Source: an uncultured Alphaproteobacteria bacterium
GTDB taxonomy: Bacteria; Pseudomonadota; Alphaproteobacteria; CAVTAV01
DNA length: 64,000 nt
NCBI GenBank assembly: GCA_963732795.1
Contig: CAVTAV010000003.1
Coordinates: forward strand, 194,674 to 258,673
Reading direction: 5' to 3'
The stretch's first letter is position 1; each line of letters opens with the position of its first letter. The notes beneath the pieces are model-generated. The model was not told where the DNA came from. It saw nothing but the letters and a program-made list of their open reading frames with translations, and did no database searches. Shown here one piece after another: positions 51,550-61,829 of the stretch. The translations under genes were made by a program, and so were the position numbers.

Positions 51550-53397
51550 TTAAACCCGTTCCGGATGCGGCCGCGCCTCGAAGGCGCGGTGGGCCATGTC
51601 GGCGCGGAGGGAGACCGGGAACTGGCGGCCGGCGTGGAACATGACTTCGCCGTCGAAGCCGCTGGTTTCGAGCGCCGTCTTGAACAGGCCGGCGATATCC
51701 TGGCGGATCGTCTGAGACAGCGGCTGATGGCTGCGCACGACCAGGTCGAAACGCTTGGTGTGGACGAGGCCGTCGAGCTGCAATTCGCCGAGGCTGCGGT
51801 GGTCGAGCTCGATCACGAAGCGGGTGCCTTGATCGCTCCGGCTTTGCTCGCCGTCGCCGCCATGGCCCGCTTCGTCCGGCGCGTCGTAGGGCCGGCGGAT
51901 GAACCAGGCGACGGGCTGAATGCCCGAGCCGTCATGGATGGGCAGCACGAAAGGCCGCCATTCCGAGCCGCCACCACCATGGGCGGCGCGAGAAAGGCTC
52001 GAGAACTGGTCGCCGAGCTGGGTCAAGGCAGCGGGCGTGAGGCCTTGTTGGATTTGGTCCGCGACGACCTGGCCGAGCCAGCCCTTCACATCGCCAAAGC
52101 GGAGCGCCGCCAGCAGGAACAACAGGCTTCCCGCCGGCGTTGGTGGAGGACTGGCCGCTAGGGCCGGGGCGACGACATGGCCCTGCATGGCAGGCGGCGG
52201 ATTGAACTCGGCGACCTTGAGCGCCTGCTTGAGGTCGCTCCAATCGCGCGTCAAATCGGTCACCGCAAGGCCTGCGTCGTCAAAAGGCGGACGCCGGGTT
52301 GGAACCGGCGGCTGCGGCGAGCGGACTTCGGAAACCTGGATCGTCACCTTGGTGCCTGCCGGGAGCTTCGGACCTTGCGTCACGCGGACGAGGCCGAAGG
52401 GTGTCTGAAGAAGGTCGGACTCCGTCGGCGCGGCTTGGGTGGCCGGTGGCGTGCTCACCGGCTGGGGCGCGGTCGCGGCGCGCGCTACGACAGTCGCCTG
52501 AACTGTCGTCCCGATCTTCGGTGGCGGTGCGGACGGGGCCGCGGCGGATGACGGCGCGCGCTGCAGCAATGAAGACAGGGGAGGGAGCTTCGATGCGGCT
52601 ACGGGCTCCGCAGACGCAGGCCGTGGCGCCGGCTCGGGGCTTTGTTCCACTGAGACGATCGTGAGCTTGAGCTTCGTTCCTGCTTTCAATGCGACTCCCG
52701 CCGTGGCAGTGGCCGGCTCGACCTCGAGAACCTGACCGATATGGCTCGGCTTTGCGGCGGGGGCGGTCGTCGGCACGGCCACGGTTTCCGGGGCGTCGGG
52801 CTTGGCGACCGGCGGTAACGTCTTGGCTTGCGGCGCTACCGGAATTTCGGCGGCCGGCTCTTCGGCAACGGTCGTCTGGGGCAGGGCCGGCTTGAGCGGC
52901 GTCGGCGGTGTTGGAGCCGCCTCGGCCGGGGCCGGGTTGCCGTGGATGTCGGCCAAGGTCAGCAGGACCGGACGTGGCGGATGGACATGGACGCCGTTCA
53001 TGGCCACGACCGCCGCCTCGATATCCTCGCCGACATTGACGACCTGCAAGAGGATGCTGGTCTTGGCCGCAAGCGGCCCGAGCGTCAGCGATGTCTTGAG
53101 ATCGACCACGAACACGCCTCGCGCGGAATCCATCACCAGCCGCCCGTCGGCCATCTGCCCGATGATCGTCACCGCAAAACGCTGACCGGCTTGCAGATGG
53201 GTCAGCGTGCTCGACAGAATGACGGCCGGGTCGCTATGGGCGGGACCGGATGTCGGCGCTTCCGGCTCTTGCGATGCCGGTTGGGTGGGTGCGTTTTGAT
53301 CGTGGCGAGTGTCCGTCGATGCGCCGCCGCGGCTCACACGGCCCGAATCCGCTGTCGGATTGCGGGCGGTGCCGGTGGTGGCGCTGACGTCGCTCAT
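51550..53397 (-). CDS. FliK-like Pro/Ala-rich protein (hook-length control-type C-terminal domain)
   Basis: Long P/A/T-rich linker; C-terminal TRFVIELDHRSLGELQLDGLV; lies in a flagellar operon. Confidence 0.6.
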   Translation of the reverse strand: MSDVSATTGTARNPTADSGRVSRGGASTDTRHDQNAPTQPASQEPEAPTSGPAHSDPAVILSSTLTHLQAGQRFAVTIIGQMADGRLVMDSARGVFVVDLKTSLTLGPLAAKTSILLQVVNVGEDIEAAVVAMNGVHVHPPRPVLLTLADIHGNPAPAEAAPTPPTPLKPALPQTTVAEEPAAEIPVAPQAKTLPPVAKPDAPETVAVPTTAPAAKPSHIGQVLEVEPATATAGVALKAGTKLKLTIVSVEQSPEPAPRPASAEPVAASKLPPLSSLLQRAPSSAAAPSAPPPKIGTTVQATVVARAATAPQPVSTPPATQAAPTESDLLQTPFGLVRVTQGPKLPAGTKVTIQVSEVRSPQPPVPTRRPPFDDAGLAVTDLTRDWSDLKQALKVAEFNPPPAMQGHVVAPALAASPPPTPAGSLLFLLAALRFGDVKGWLGQVVADQIQQGLTPAALTQLGDQFSSLSRAAHGGGGSEWRPFVLPIHDGSGIQPVAWFIRRPYDAPDEAGHGGDGEQSRSDQGTRFVIELDHRSLGELQLDGLVHTKRFDLVVRSHQPLSQTIRQDIAGLFKTALETSGFDGEVMFHAGRQFPVSLRADMAHRAFEARPHPERV

Positions 53398-53398
53398 C

Positions 53399-54184
53399 TC
53401 ACGGCCTCAAGGCCTTGGCGATGGCCTCGACGTCGCTGGCGGCGTTCGAGACGGGATGACGCGTGAGGAGCGGGGCCTGATGGCGGATCGCGTCGGGCAC
53501 CTTGGTGTCGCGGCGGATGATGCCGGCGAGCTTCGGCGTCATATGGAGGAAGCCCTCGCAGGCGCGCTTCAAGGTGTCGTAGGTCCGCTGTCCCTGGGCG
53601 CGGCTTTGGGCCATGTTGACCACGATGCGGATGTCGGCGCGCGGATTCTTGGCGATCATCAGCTTGATGAAGGCATAGGCGTCTGTCAGCGCGGTCGGCT
53701 CGTCGGTGATGACGACGAGGAGGACGCCGTTGTGCCGCGCAAGGGTGGTCACGCCGGTGTCCACGCCCGCGCCGAGATCGAGGATAACGCAATCATAATG
53801 CTGGCCGACGCCGATCAGGTTGCGCTGCATTTCCTCGAGCGCCGATTGGCTCAGTCGGGCCAGAGCGCCGCTGCCCGAACGCCCGCCGATCAGATCGAAG
53901 CCCGCTTCCTCGACCGGCAGGATCGCTTCGAACAGGGTGATCTTGCCGCTCACCACCGTCGCCAGGTCGCGCTCCGGCATCAGGCCGAGCTGGACATCGA
54001 CATTCGCGAGGCCCAGGTCGCCGTCGAACAACAAGACGCGCTTGCCGGCTTTCGCCATCGCGTGGGACAGGCTGATGGCGAACCATGTCTTACCCACTCC
54101 GCCCTTGCCCGATGCGACCGTCACGATATTGCGGCCCAGCGCATGGACCGTCGCTTGGGGTCGGAGTTTTGCCGTCGTATTCAT
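53399..54184 (-). CDS. flhG: MinD/ParA-family flagellar number regulator FlhG/FleN
   Basis: ASGKGGVGKT, DGDLGLANVD, DLGAG, EPTALTDAYA. Confidence 0.88.
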   Translation of the reverse strand: MNTTAKLRPQATVHALGRNIVTVASGKGGVGKTWFAISLSHAMAKAGKRVLLFDGDLGLANVDVQLGLMPERDLATVVSGKITLFEAILPVEEAGFDLIGGRSGSGALARLSQSALEEMQRNLIGVGQHYDCVILDLGAGVDTGVTTLARHNGVLLVVITDEPTALTDAYAFIKLMIAKNPRADIRIVVNMAQSRAQGQRTYDTLKRACEGFLHMTPKLAGIIRRDTKVPDAIRHQAPLLTRHPVSNAASDVEAIAKALRP

Positions 54185-55198
54185 TGCGTCAACATTTCCA
54201 TGGTGGGTGGGGACAGGGCGCCCGAAGGTCCGTGCATCAGGAGCTTCGAGAGGGCGAGTGAATTCGAGCCGGATCAGGCCGTCGGAGACATAGGGGGAAA
54301 CGCTAATCTCCGAGAAGGCGAGGGCGCCGGCATCGGCCGCCGCCAGCAGGCCGCCGAAGCGCCGCGCCGCGTCGATCCGGGTGCAGACGAGCTGGCGCGC
54401 GCCGATCGCGGTGCAGGCGGTGGCGATCTCGATCGCCTCGTCGGCGTCGCCGCCGGCCGGCAGGACGAGCACGGTGGCAGCCTCCACGCCGTCAATGAAG
54501 CGTCGCATATCGGCGATCTCGGCACGGTTGAACGGATTGAGGCCCGGCGTATCGATCAGGATCGCGGTCTGGTCGCTCTTGTCGCGAAGCCGGCCGACCA
54601 CGCGGGTGAGGCCGGCGGGCGATTCCGCTGTCGCCAGCGGAATGTCGAGAATGCGGGTGAAGGCTTCGAGTTGGTCGATGCCGCCGGCGCGAACCGTGTC
54701 GGTGGTGACGACCGCGACCTTGCGGCCTTCGATGACGGCTTGGGTCGCGAGCTTGGCGATCGACACGGTCTTTCCGGCGCCCGGCGGTCCTACGAGCATC
54801 AAGGGACGATTGGATACGGCGCTCAGCGGTACGAAGCGGTAGAGCGTCTCCAGAGCGTCGGCGAGCGCCTCTTCGATGTTCCCGCCGTCGAAGGATTTGA
54901 GTGCCTTTTCGAGCCGGAAATGCAGCGTCTCGGGGAGGCGGTGGTGGCGGATGACAGTGGCGGTCTCGGGCTTCCAGCCGGTCGAACTGCTGCCGACGGA
55001 TTTGGCGCGCGGCTTGCGCTTGACGGGCTGCTCCGGCTCGGCGACCGGCGCGGGCGGGCCTTGCTCCACCGCCGCCGTAATCCGCACGCCGCCCCGGCCC
55101 GACTGGTTCGAGACGATCACGGCATCGGGCCCCAACTCCTTCCGAAGCTGGCTCATCGCCTCGCCCATGGTCGGGGCATGAAAGGTCCTCAGCCGCAT
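54181..55198 (-). CDS. flhF: SRP-family GTPase FlhF-like (frame break near 54265)
   Basis: MRLRTFHA...LGPDAVI, GPPGAGKT, DTVRAGG, IDTPG, TRID; the repaired frame ends in an ATGA overlap with flhG. Confidence 0.82.
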
Positions 55199-55202
55199 AC
55201 CG

Positions 55203-57317
55203 CTATTCCATGTTCACCTGGCCGAGCGATTTGAGCCTGGCCTTGGGGTGGACTTCGTTCTGGGACATCACGACGGTCGACGGCCGGAAACGCTCGATGA
55301 TCGAACGGACATAGGGCCTAGACGTCGGGCTTGTGAGCAGGACCGGCAGATAGCCCTCGTTGGCCTTCTGCTCGAAAATCATGCGCACGGCCATGATGAA
55401 TTTCTGAAGCTTGGCAGGGGCCATGGCGAGCTGCTTCTCCTCGCCCTGGCCGGCCAGCGCCTCGGCAAACTCCATCTCCCAGTCGGGCGAGAGCGCGATG
55501 ATCGGGATGAAGCCTTCGGGCGACGTATTGGCCGAGGAGATCTGGCGGGCGAGGCGCGTGCGCACATGCTCGGAGATCAGCACGATATTCTGGGTGTAGC
55601 CGGTGCCCTCGGCGATGCCTTCGAGGATGGTCGGCAGGTCGCGGATCGAGATGCGCTCCGCGAGCAGGGTCTGCAGGACCCGCTGGATGCCGTTCACCGA
55701 GATCTGGTTCGGCACGACGTCGGCGATCAGCTTCTGCTGCTCCTTGGGCAGGTCGTCCAGGAGCTTCTGTGTCTCGGCATAGGATAGGAGGTCCGCCATG
55801 TTGTCGCGGATGACCTCGGTCAGATGCGTCGTGATCACCGTTGCGGGATCGACCACGGTATAGCCGCGGAACATGGCTTCCTCGCGCATGGTGCGGTCGA
55901 TCCAACTCGCCGGCAGGCCGAAGGTTGGCTCGCGGGTCTCCTCGCCGGGCAGGGTCACCGGCTCGCCGCGCGGATCCATCACCAGCAGCTGGCCGGGCCG
56001 GAGGTCGCCCCGGCCGGCATCGGATTCCTTGACCCGGATGCAGTAGTTGTTGGCGGGAAGCTGCATGTTGTCGAGGATCCGAACCGACGGCATCACAAAG
56101 CCCAGTTCGCTGGCGAGCTGTCGCCGCAGGGCCTTGATCTGGTCGGTCAGCTTGTACTGCTCGTTGTCGTTGATCAGCGGCAGGAGCCCATAGCCGAGCT
56201 CGAGGCGGAGCTGATCGAGGGCCAATGCGGTGGAGATCGGCTCTTCGGCGGGCGCGGCCTGGAGCGCCTCCTGCTCCTTGAGCTCGATATCCTCTTCCGC
56301 CTTGGCCTGGCGCTTGAAGATCTGCCATGCGCCGAAGCCGGTAAGTGCCGACAGGCTGATGAACGGCAGCATCGGAATGCCGGGCAAGAGCGCCAATGCG
56401 AACATCAGAAACGAGCTCAGCGCCATTGCGCGGGGATAGCCGCCGAGCTGGCCGAAGATCGCCTTGTCCGTCGTGCCGATGGCACCCGCCTTCGAGACCA
56501 GCAAGCCCGCCGCCGTGGAGACGATCAGCGCCGGGATCTGGCTCACGAGGCCGTCGCCCACCGTCAGAATCGTATAGGACTGCGAGGCCTGGGAGAACGA
56601 AAGCCCCATTTGGCCGACGCCGACGATGATGCCGCCGATAATGTTGATGAAGGTGATCAACAGGCCGGCGATCGCATCGCCGCGCACGAATTTCGCCGCG
56701 CCGTCCATCGCGCCGAAGAACGAGCTTTCGTCTTCGAGGTCCTTGCGCCGGGCACGCGCGGAGGTTTCGTCGATCAGGCCGGCGGACAAATCGGCGTCGA
56801 TCGCCATCTGCTTGCCGGGCATGGCGTCCAGGCTGAACCGGGCGGCCACCTCGGCGATACGGCCGGAACCTTTCGTGATGACCACGAAGTTCACGATCAC
56901 CAGAATCGCAAACACGATAATGCCGATCACGAAATTGCCGTTCATCACGAAGCCGCCGAAGGCCTCGATGACATGGCCGGCCGCGCCCGTTCCCTCGTGC
57001 CCATGAGCGAGGATCAGCCGTGTCGAAGCCAAGTTGAGCGACAATCGCAACATGGTCGCGATCAGCAGCACGGTCGGGAACGCGCTGAAGTCCAGGGGCC
57101 GCGAGATAAAGAGGCAGGTCATCAGCACCAGGACGGAGAACGTGATCGAAACGGCGAGACAGATGTCCAGCAGCCATTTCGGCATCGGCAGGATCAAGGC
57201 AACGAGGATAAAGACGACGCCGAGGGCAAGCGCGACGTCGCCCCGGCGCATACTCTCGCCGAGGCGGCTTAACGCTCCGGCCGCTCCGGTGGCCTGGTTG
57301 GTTCCGATGTCGCTCAT
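55203..57317 (-). CDS. flhA: Flagellar export gate FlhA
   Basis: FSAFPTVLL, RIAEVAARFSLDAMPGKQMAIDADL, FFGAMDGAAKFVRGDA. Confidence 0.97.
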   Translation of the reverse strand: MSDIGTNQATGAAGALSRLGESMRRGDVALALGVVFILVALILPMPKWLLDICLAVSITFSVLVLMTCLFISRPLDFSAFPTVLLIATMLRLSLNLASTRLILAHGHEGTGAAGHVIEAFGGFVMNGNFVIGIIVFAILVIVNFVVITKGSGRIAEVAARFSLDAMPGKQMAIDADLSAGLIDETSARARRKDLEDESSFFGAMDGAAKFVRGDAIAGLLITFINIIGGIIVGVGQMGLSFSQASQSYTILTVGDGLVSQIPALIVSTAAGLLVSKAGAIGTTDKAIFGQLGGYPRAMALSSFLMFALALLPGIPMLPFISLSALTGFGAWQIFKRQAKAEEDIELKEQEALQAAPAEEPISTALALDQLRLELGYGLLPLINDNEQYKLTDQIKALRRQLASELGFVMPSVRILDNMQLPANNYCIRVKESDAGRGDLRPGQLLVMDPRGEPVTLPGEETREPTFGLPASWIDRTMREEAMFRGYTVVDPATVITTHLTEVIRDNMADLLSYAETQKLLDDLPKEQQKLIADVVPNQISVNGIQRVLQTLLAERISIRDLPTILEGIAEGTGYTQNIVLISEHVRTRLARQISSANTSPEGFIPIIALSPDWEMEFAEALAGQGEEKQLAMAPAKLQKFIMAVRMIFEQKANEGYLPVLLTSPTSRPYVRSIIERFRPSTVVMSQNEVHPKARLKSLGQVNME

Positions 57318-57364
57318 GCCTCTCGCGGTGCCCTAGGAAAGGGGCTGGGTGTTAGGGGACGCGT

Positions 57365-58744
57365 TTAGAGCGCCACCCGCCGGGGTTCGCTGCTGCCTTC
57401 GCCGGGCACCGGAATGTCGGCGCCTTCCTCGCTGTATTGCTTCAGCTTGTTCCTGAGCGTGCGGATCGAGATGCCGAGAATATTGGCGGCATGAGTCCGG
57501 TTGCCGAGGCAATGGCGAAGCGTGTCGATAATGAGATCGCGCTCGACATCGGCGACCGTCCGGCCGACGAGGCCAGCCGCCGTCTGGGTCGCCGTCGCGG
57601 CGGCCTCGGTCGCAACGCCGTGCCCCTCTTCGCCGCCGCCCATGCCGGCATCCGGCGCCATGATCGCCTCCGGGCCGATCTCGTCTCCGGTCGCGAGCAG
57701 CACCGCGCGATGCATTGTGTTCTCGAGCTCGCGGACATTGCCCCTCCAATAGCGCTTGGACAAATCCCGCATCGCTTCTTCGGAGATCTTGCGCCGCGGC
57801 ACGCCGTTGATCTCGGCATATTTGCCCGCGAAATGCTCCGACAGCAGCTTGATGTCGGCCGGGCGCTCCCGGAGGGGCGGGACCTTCAGGTTGACGACAT
57901 TCAAGCGGTACAGCAGGTCCTCGCGGAAATTGCCCTTGCGGACTTCCTCGGCGAGATCGCGGTTCGAGGTCGCGATGATGCGCAGATCTACCTTGACCGG
58001 CTTGTTGCCGCCGACCCGGTCGATCTCGCGCTCCTGGATCGCGCGCAGCAGCTTGGCCTGGAGCCGGATATCCATCTCGGAAATTTCGTCGAGGAGGAGC
58101 GTGCCGCCGTTCGCTTCCTCGAACTTACCGATGCGCCGGGCGACCGCGCCGGTGAACGCGCCCTTTTCATGGCCGAACAGCTCGGATTCGAGCAGATTCT
58201 CCGGAATCGCCGCGCAATTGACCGAAACATATTGCTTGTCGGCGCGCCGGCTCTTGCCATGGACGTGACGGGCCAGCACCTCCTTGCCGGTTCCGGACTC
58301 GCCGGTGATCAGAATGTTCGCTTCGCTCGGGGCGACCTGGTCGGCCAGTCGCACGACCTCCGCCATGCGGGAATCGGCGAACATCAGATCGGTGCTGTCC
58401 TCCGCGACCGCTTCCAAGACCGCGGCGATAAGCTCGGGATCGGGCGGCAAAGGAACATATTCCTTTGCCCCGGCGCGGATCGCCTCCACGGCCGAGCGCG
58501 CGTCCGAGCCGATGCCGCAGGCGACGACCGGGACATGGATGTGTTCGGCTTCCGTGCGGGCGATGAATTCGCGGATGTTGCACTCGACGTCGATCATCAC
58601 GAGATCGGCGCCATGGCCGGATCTGAGCGCATGCAGCGCCTGGTCGATACTCACCGCGTGAGCAACCTTGGCGCCTCTGCCCATGGCAATCTTCGAGGCG
58701 GCGCCCATTTGCCCACTGAGGGTTCCGACGATGAGTAAACGCAT
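57365..58744 (-). CDS. flbD: Sigma-54 activator FlbD
   Basis: Atypical REC (MRLLIVGTL), GESGTGKE, GAFTGA, Fis HTH LGISIRTLRNKL; position in the fliF operon. Confidence 0.9.
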   Translation of the reverse strand: MRLLIVGTLSGQMGAASKIAMGRGAKVAHAVSIDQALHALRSGHGADLVMIDVECNIREFIARTEAEHIHVPVVACGIGSDARSAVEAIRAGAKEYVPLPPDPELIAAVLEAVAEDSTDLMFADSRMAEVVRLADQVAPSEANILITGESGTGKEVLARHVHGKSRRADKQYVSVNCAAIPENLLESELFGHEKGAFTGAVARRIGKFEEANGGTLLLDEISEMDIRLQAKLLRAIQEREIDRVGGNKPVKVDLRIIATSNRDLAEEVRKGNFREDLLYRLNVVNLKVPPLRERPADIKLLSEHFAGKYAEINGVPRRKISEEAMRDLSKRYWRGNVRELENTMHRAVLLATGDEIGPEAIMAPDAGMGGGEEGHGVATEAAATATQTAAGLVGRTVADVERDLIIDTLRHCLGNRTHAANILGISIRTLRNKLKQYSEEGADIPVPGEGSSEPRRVAL

Positions 58745-58764
58745 TTTCTTAGGCTCCTAGGGAC

Positions 58765-59540
58765 TTAATCGAAGTACTGAATTCGGTGCGCCGGCGGCAG
58801 CAGGGTGTTGATCAGCGCCTCCAAGTGACGCGGGTTCTCCTGACGGCCGATCGAGGCGGCGCCGAGGGTGTAAACGGAATTGACCAGCGCCTCCTCGTTC
58901 GAGTTCCGCTCCATCTTGTTGGCGAGCGGCGCGAAGACCATGTTGGCCAGCACCGCGCCCCAAAAGGTGGTGAGCAGGGCCACGGCCATGGCCGGGCCGA
59001 TCGTCGCCGGATCGTTCAGCCGCCCGAGCATCTGGACGAGGCCGACCAGCGTGCCGATCAGACCCATGGCTGGCGAAACCTCGGCCGCCCGGCGCAGAAC
59101 CGCCGCGCTCTTGCGGTGCCGGTCCACCATGGCGTTTAGCTCGCTGGTCAAGAGCTTCTCGATCTGGTCCACATCCGTGCCGTCGCGCACAAGGGTCACA
59201 GCTTTCTGGAGGAAAGGCTCGCCCTGCAGTTCCGGCAATTTGCCCTGCAGCGCCAGCACGCTGTTCTTGCGGGAGCGCTCGGCGAGCCTCATCACCATAA
59301 GGCGGCTTCGCGCGGACCGATCTTGGGTTTGGAGAAGGTGCGGACCACCGAGCGCCAGGCGTTTTTCAGTTCGTCCAGCGTGAAGCTGACGGCGGTCACG
59401 GCCGCCGTGCCGCCAATGACGATCAGCAATGCGGGAACGTCGAAGAAGGCCGCCGGTGAGCCGCCCAGAATCGCGGCCAGTGCGATCAGCAGAATGCCGA
59501 CGCTCAATCCGACCAGCGTGGAGAAATCCATTGCCCGCAT
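58765..59540 (-). CDS. motA: MotA/PomA-family stator protein (frame break near 59295)
   Basis: IVIGGT, PAMGLIGTLVGLVQML, IGPAMAVALLTT. Confidence 0.8.
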
Positions 59541-59588
59541 AAATACCTATCCTGCGAGAGCGTCGCGATCCGCCTATGGCGATCCGGC

Positions 59589-60028
59589 TCACCCTTCTCC
59601 CTTCACGATTTCGGTCATGGTCACGCCCAGCCGGTCGTCGACGAGGACGACCTCGCCGCGCGCGACCAGGCGGTCGTTGACATAGATGTCGATCGCCTCG
59701 CCGACCTTGCGGTCGAGCTCGACGATCGCGCCGCGGCCAAGCTTCAGGAGCTGGCTCACCTGCAAGTGGGATTTGCCGAGCACGGCCGAGACGTTGACCG
59801 GAATGTCGAACACCGCCTCCAGCTCGCCGCCCGTGCGCTCGATATTATCTTCCTCGCCATCGCCAGAGGCGGCCTGCTGCTCCGACAGATCCTTCAGATC
59901 GACCTGCGGTGCGGCCACGGCGGCATCCTCTTCATTCTCACTCATCGACTGGTTCGCCTCTTCGGCGCCCGCCCCGGATCGTCCACCGTATCCTCGGGTT
60001 CGGGCTGATTTTCCAATTCGTCACTCAT
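59589..60028 (-). CDS. fliN: Flagellar switch protein FliN (acidic N-terminal extension across a frame break)
   Basis: LEAVFDIPV...VARGEVV; GGAAGGAAG RBS before ATG 60028 (alternative start at 59945). Confidence 0.9.
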
Positions 60029-60079
60029 GGCACTTCCTTCCGGGCTTTCGCGCGTCGCGGCGATGGCCCCTGGTCTCGA

Positions 60080-60757
60080 TTAATCGGTCGTCCAGGGCTC
60101 GGTATCGATCTCGCCCTGGACCGTCGTGACGTCGTGGCCGCCGTTTTGGCCGACATAACGGGCGACTGCTTCCGAGATCATGGATTCGAGGCGGCCGTAG
60201 TCGCGTTCCATGCCGCCGTCGGACCATTCGATGCGGCAATCCATCTCGGTCAGATGCGGATCGCCCATCACCGACACGTCGCTCGACGGATCGAGCCGCG
60301 ACGCCAGCGCCGCGACTTTCTCCTGCATCTGCTCGGCAAGCGCCGGGGCGACCCGGACGATCACGCGCGGCTCATCGTGAAGCTCGGCGAAGCAGTCCTC
60401 GACCAGCGCCTCGAACTCGGCCGTCGGCATCTGCCGGGTGAGGGCAGGGGCGAGGTGCTTGGAGATCACCTCGGCCAGGATGGCGGCCTCCTGCTTCATC
60501 CGGCCGGTCATCTGGGCCTGGCGCTCCAAAAGCGCTGCGATCTGGTTGACCGCCATCTCGAGCGCGTTCGCGATCCGCGCTTCGATCTCGGCATAGGCCT
60601 CGCGCGCGCCCTCGGACCGGCCCTGGGCGAAGGCGGCCGCCAAAGCGTCCTCGTCGAAGTTGCGCGGACGCGCCACCGAAGCCGCGACGCCGCGCTTGCT
60701 GGCGCTGTCCCGGATATCGAAGACGTTGTCGAACGTGAACTTTGTCGGCTTCGTCAT
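60080..60757 (-). CDS. fliH: Flagellar assembly protein FliH
   Basis: KFTFDNVF, AFAQGRSEG, EPRVIVRV, DCRIEWSDGG; lies between fliG and fliN. Confidence 0.85.
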   Translation of the reverse strand: MTKPTKFTFDNVFDIRDSASKRGVAASVARPRNFDEDALAAAFAQGRSEGAREAYAEIEARIANALEMAVNQIAALLERQAQMTGRMKQEAAILAEVISKHLAPALTRQMPTAEFEALVEDCFAELHDEPRVIVRVAPALAEQMQEKVAALASRLDPSSDVSVMGDPHLTEMDCRIEWSDGGMERDYGRLESMISEAVARYVGQNGGHDVTTVQGEIDTEPWTTD

Positions 60758-60803
60758 GGTTCCTGCTTCGGGCGCCGCGCTGCAATGAGGCGGCCGCCCG
60801 CGA

Positions 60804-61821
60804 TCAATAAATCAGCTCGTCGTCGCCCTTGTTGTCGGACAGCACGATCTCGCCGGTCTCGGCCAGGCCCTTGGCCGTCTGCACCAGCTCCATCTGGGCC
60901 TCGTCCACGTCGCGCAGCCGGACCGGGCCCATGGCTTCCATGTCTTCCTTGAGGATCTTCGCCGCGCGTTCCGACATGTTGGAGAAGAACATGTCCCGCA
61001 GCACGTCGGACGCGCCCTTGAGCGCGAGGCCGAGCTTGTTCTTGTCGACATTGCGCAGCAGCGTCTGGACGCCGCCGGGATCGAGCTTGGCGAGGTCGTC
61101 GAAGGTGAACATCAGCGCACGGATGCGCTCGGCGGAATCGCGGCTGCGCTCCTCGAGCGCGGTCAGGAACCGGGTCTCCGACTGGCGGTCCAGGCTGTTG
61201 AAGATGTCGGCAATGACCTCATGGCTGTCGCGCCGGTTGGTGCGGGCGAGATTGCTCATGAACTCGATGCGAAGCGTGTTCTCGACCTTGTCCAGAATGT
61301 CCTTCTGCACCGCCTCCATGCGCAGCATCCGCATGACGACTTCCATGGCGAAGTCTTCGGGCAGGCAGGTGAGCACTCGGGCGGCGTGCTCAGGGCGGAT
61401 CTTCGAGAGCACCACGGCGACGGTCTGCGGATATTCGTTCTTGAGATAGGCCGCGAGCACCGTCTCGTTGACGTTGCCGAGCTTGTCCCACATCGTGCGG
61501 CCGGCCGGACCACGGATTTCCTCCATAATCGTGCCGACGCGTTCTTCAGGCAGCATCTTCTTCAGAAGCCGCTCGGTGTTATCGTAGCTGCCCATCAGCG
61601 AGCCGACGCGGGAAATCTGGGAAGCGAACTCGATAAACAGCTTTTCGACCATCTTCGCGTCGACGGAGCCCAAGCGACGACATGGCCGAGGAGATCTCGC
61701 GCATCTCCTCGTCGTCGAAGAGCTCCCACAGCCGCTTGCCGTATTCCTCGCCGAGCGCGAGCAGCATGATGGCCGTCTTTTCAGGTCCCGGCATTCTCTT
61801 CAGTTCGTCGCGTCCGGCCAT
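60804..61821 (-). CDS. fliG: Flagellar switch protein FliG (frame break near 61675)
   Basis: [46 protein letters not shown]. Confidence 0.95.
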
Positions 61822-61829
61822 CGCTACTC

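Noticed and set aside
53399-55198. Apparent 599-aa FlhF-FlhG fusion in the ORF track
   Set aside because: Removing one base near 54265 gives a normal FlhF end (LNSLALSKLLM...MLTQ*) with an ATGA overlap onto the flhG start, so this is most likely an indel artefact.
9892-58738. Many long antisense ORFs (e.g. 9892-11454, 37046-38665, 53309-55234, 55824-57272, 57437-58738)
   Set aside because: These are shadow ORFs expected in high-GC coding DNA, with no recognisable motifs.
57365-58744. Degenerate receiver domain in the sigma-54 activator as a novelty
   Set aside because: An atypical N-terminal acidic pocket is a known property of FlbD orthologues.
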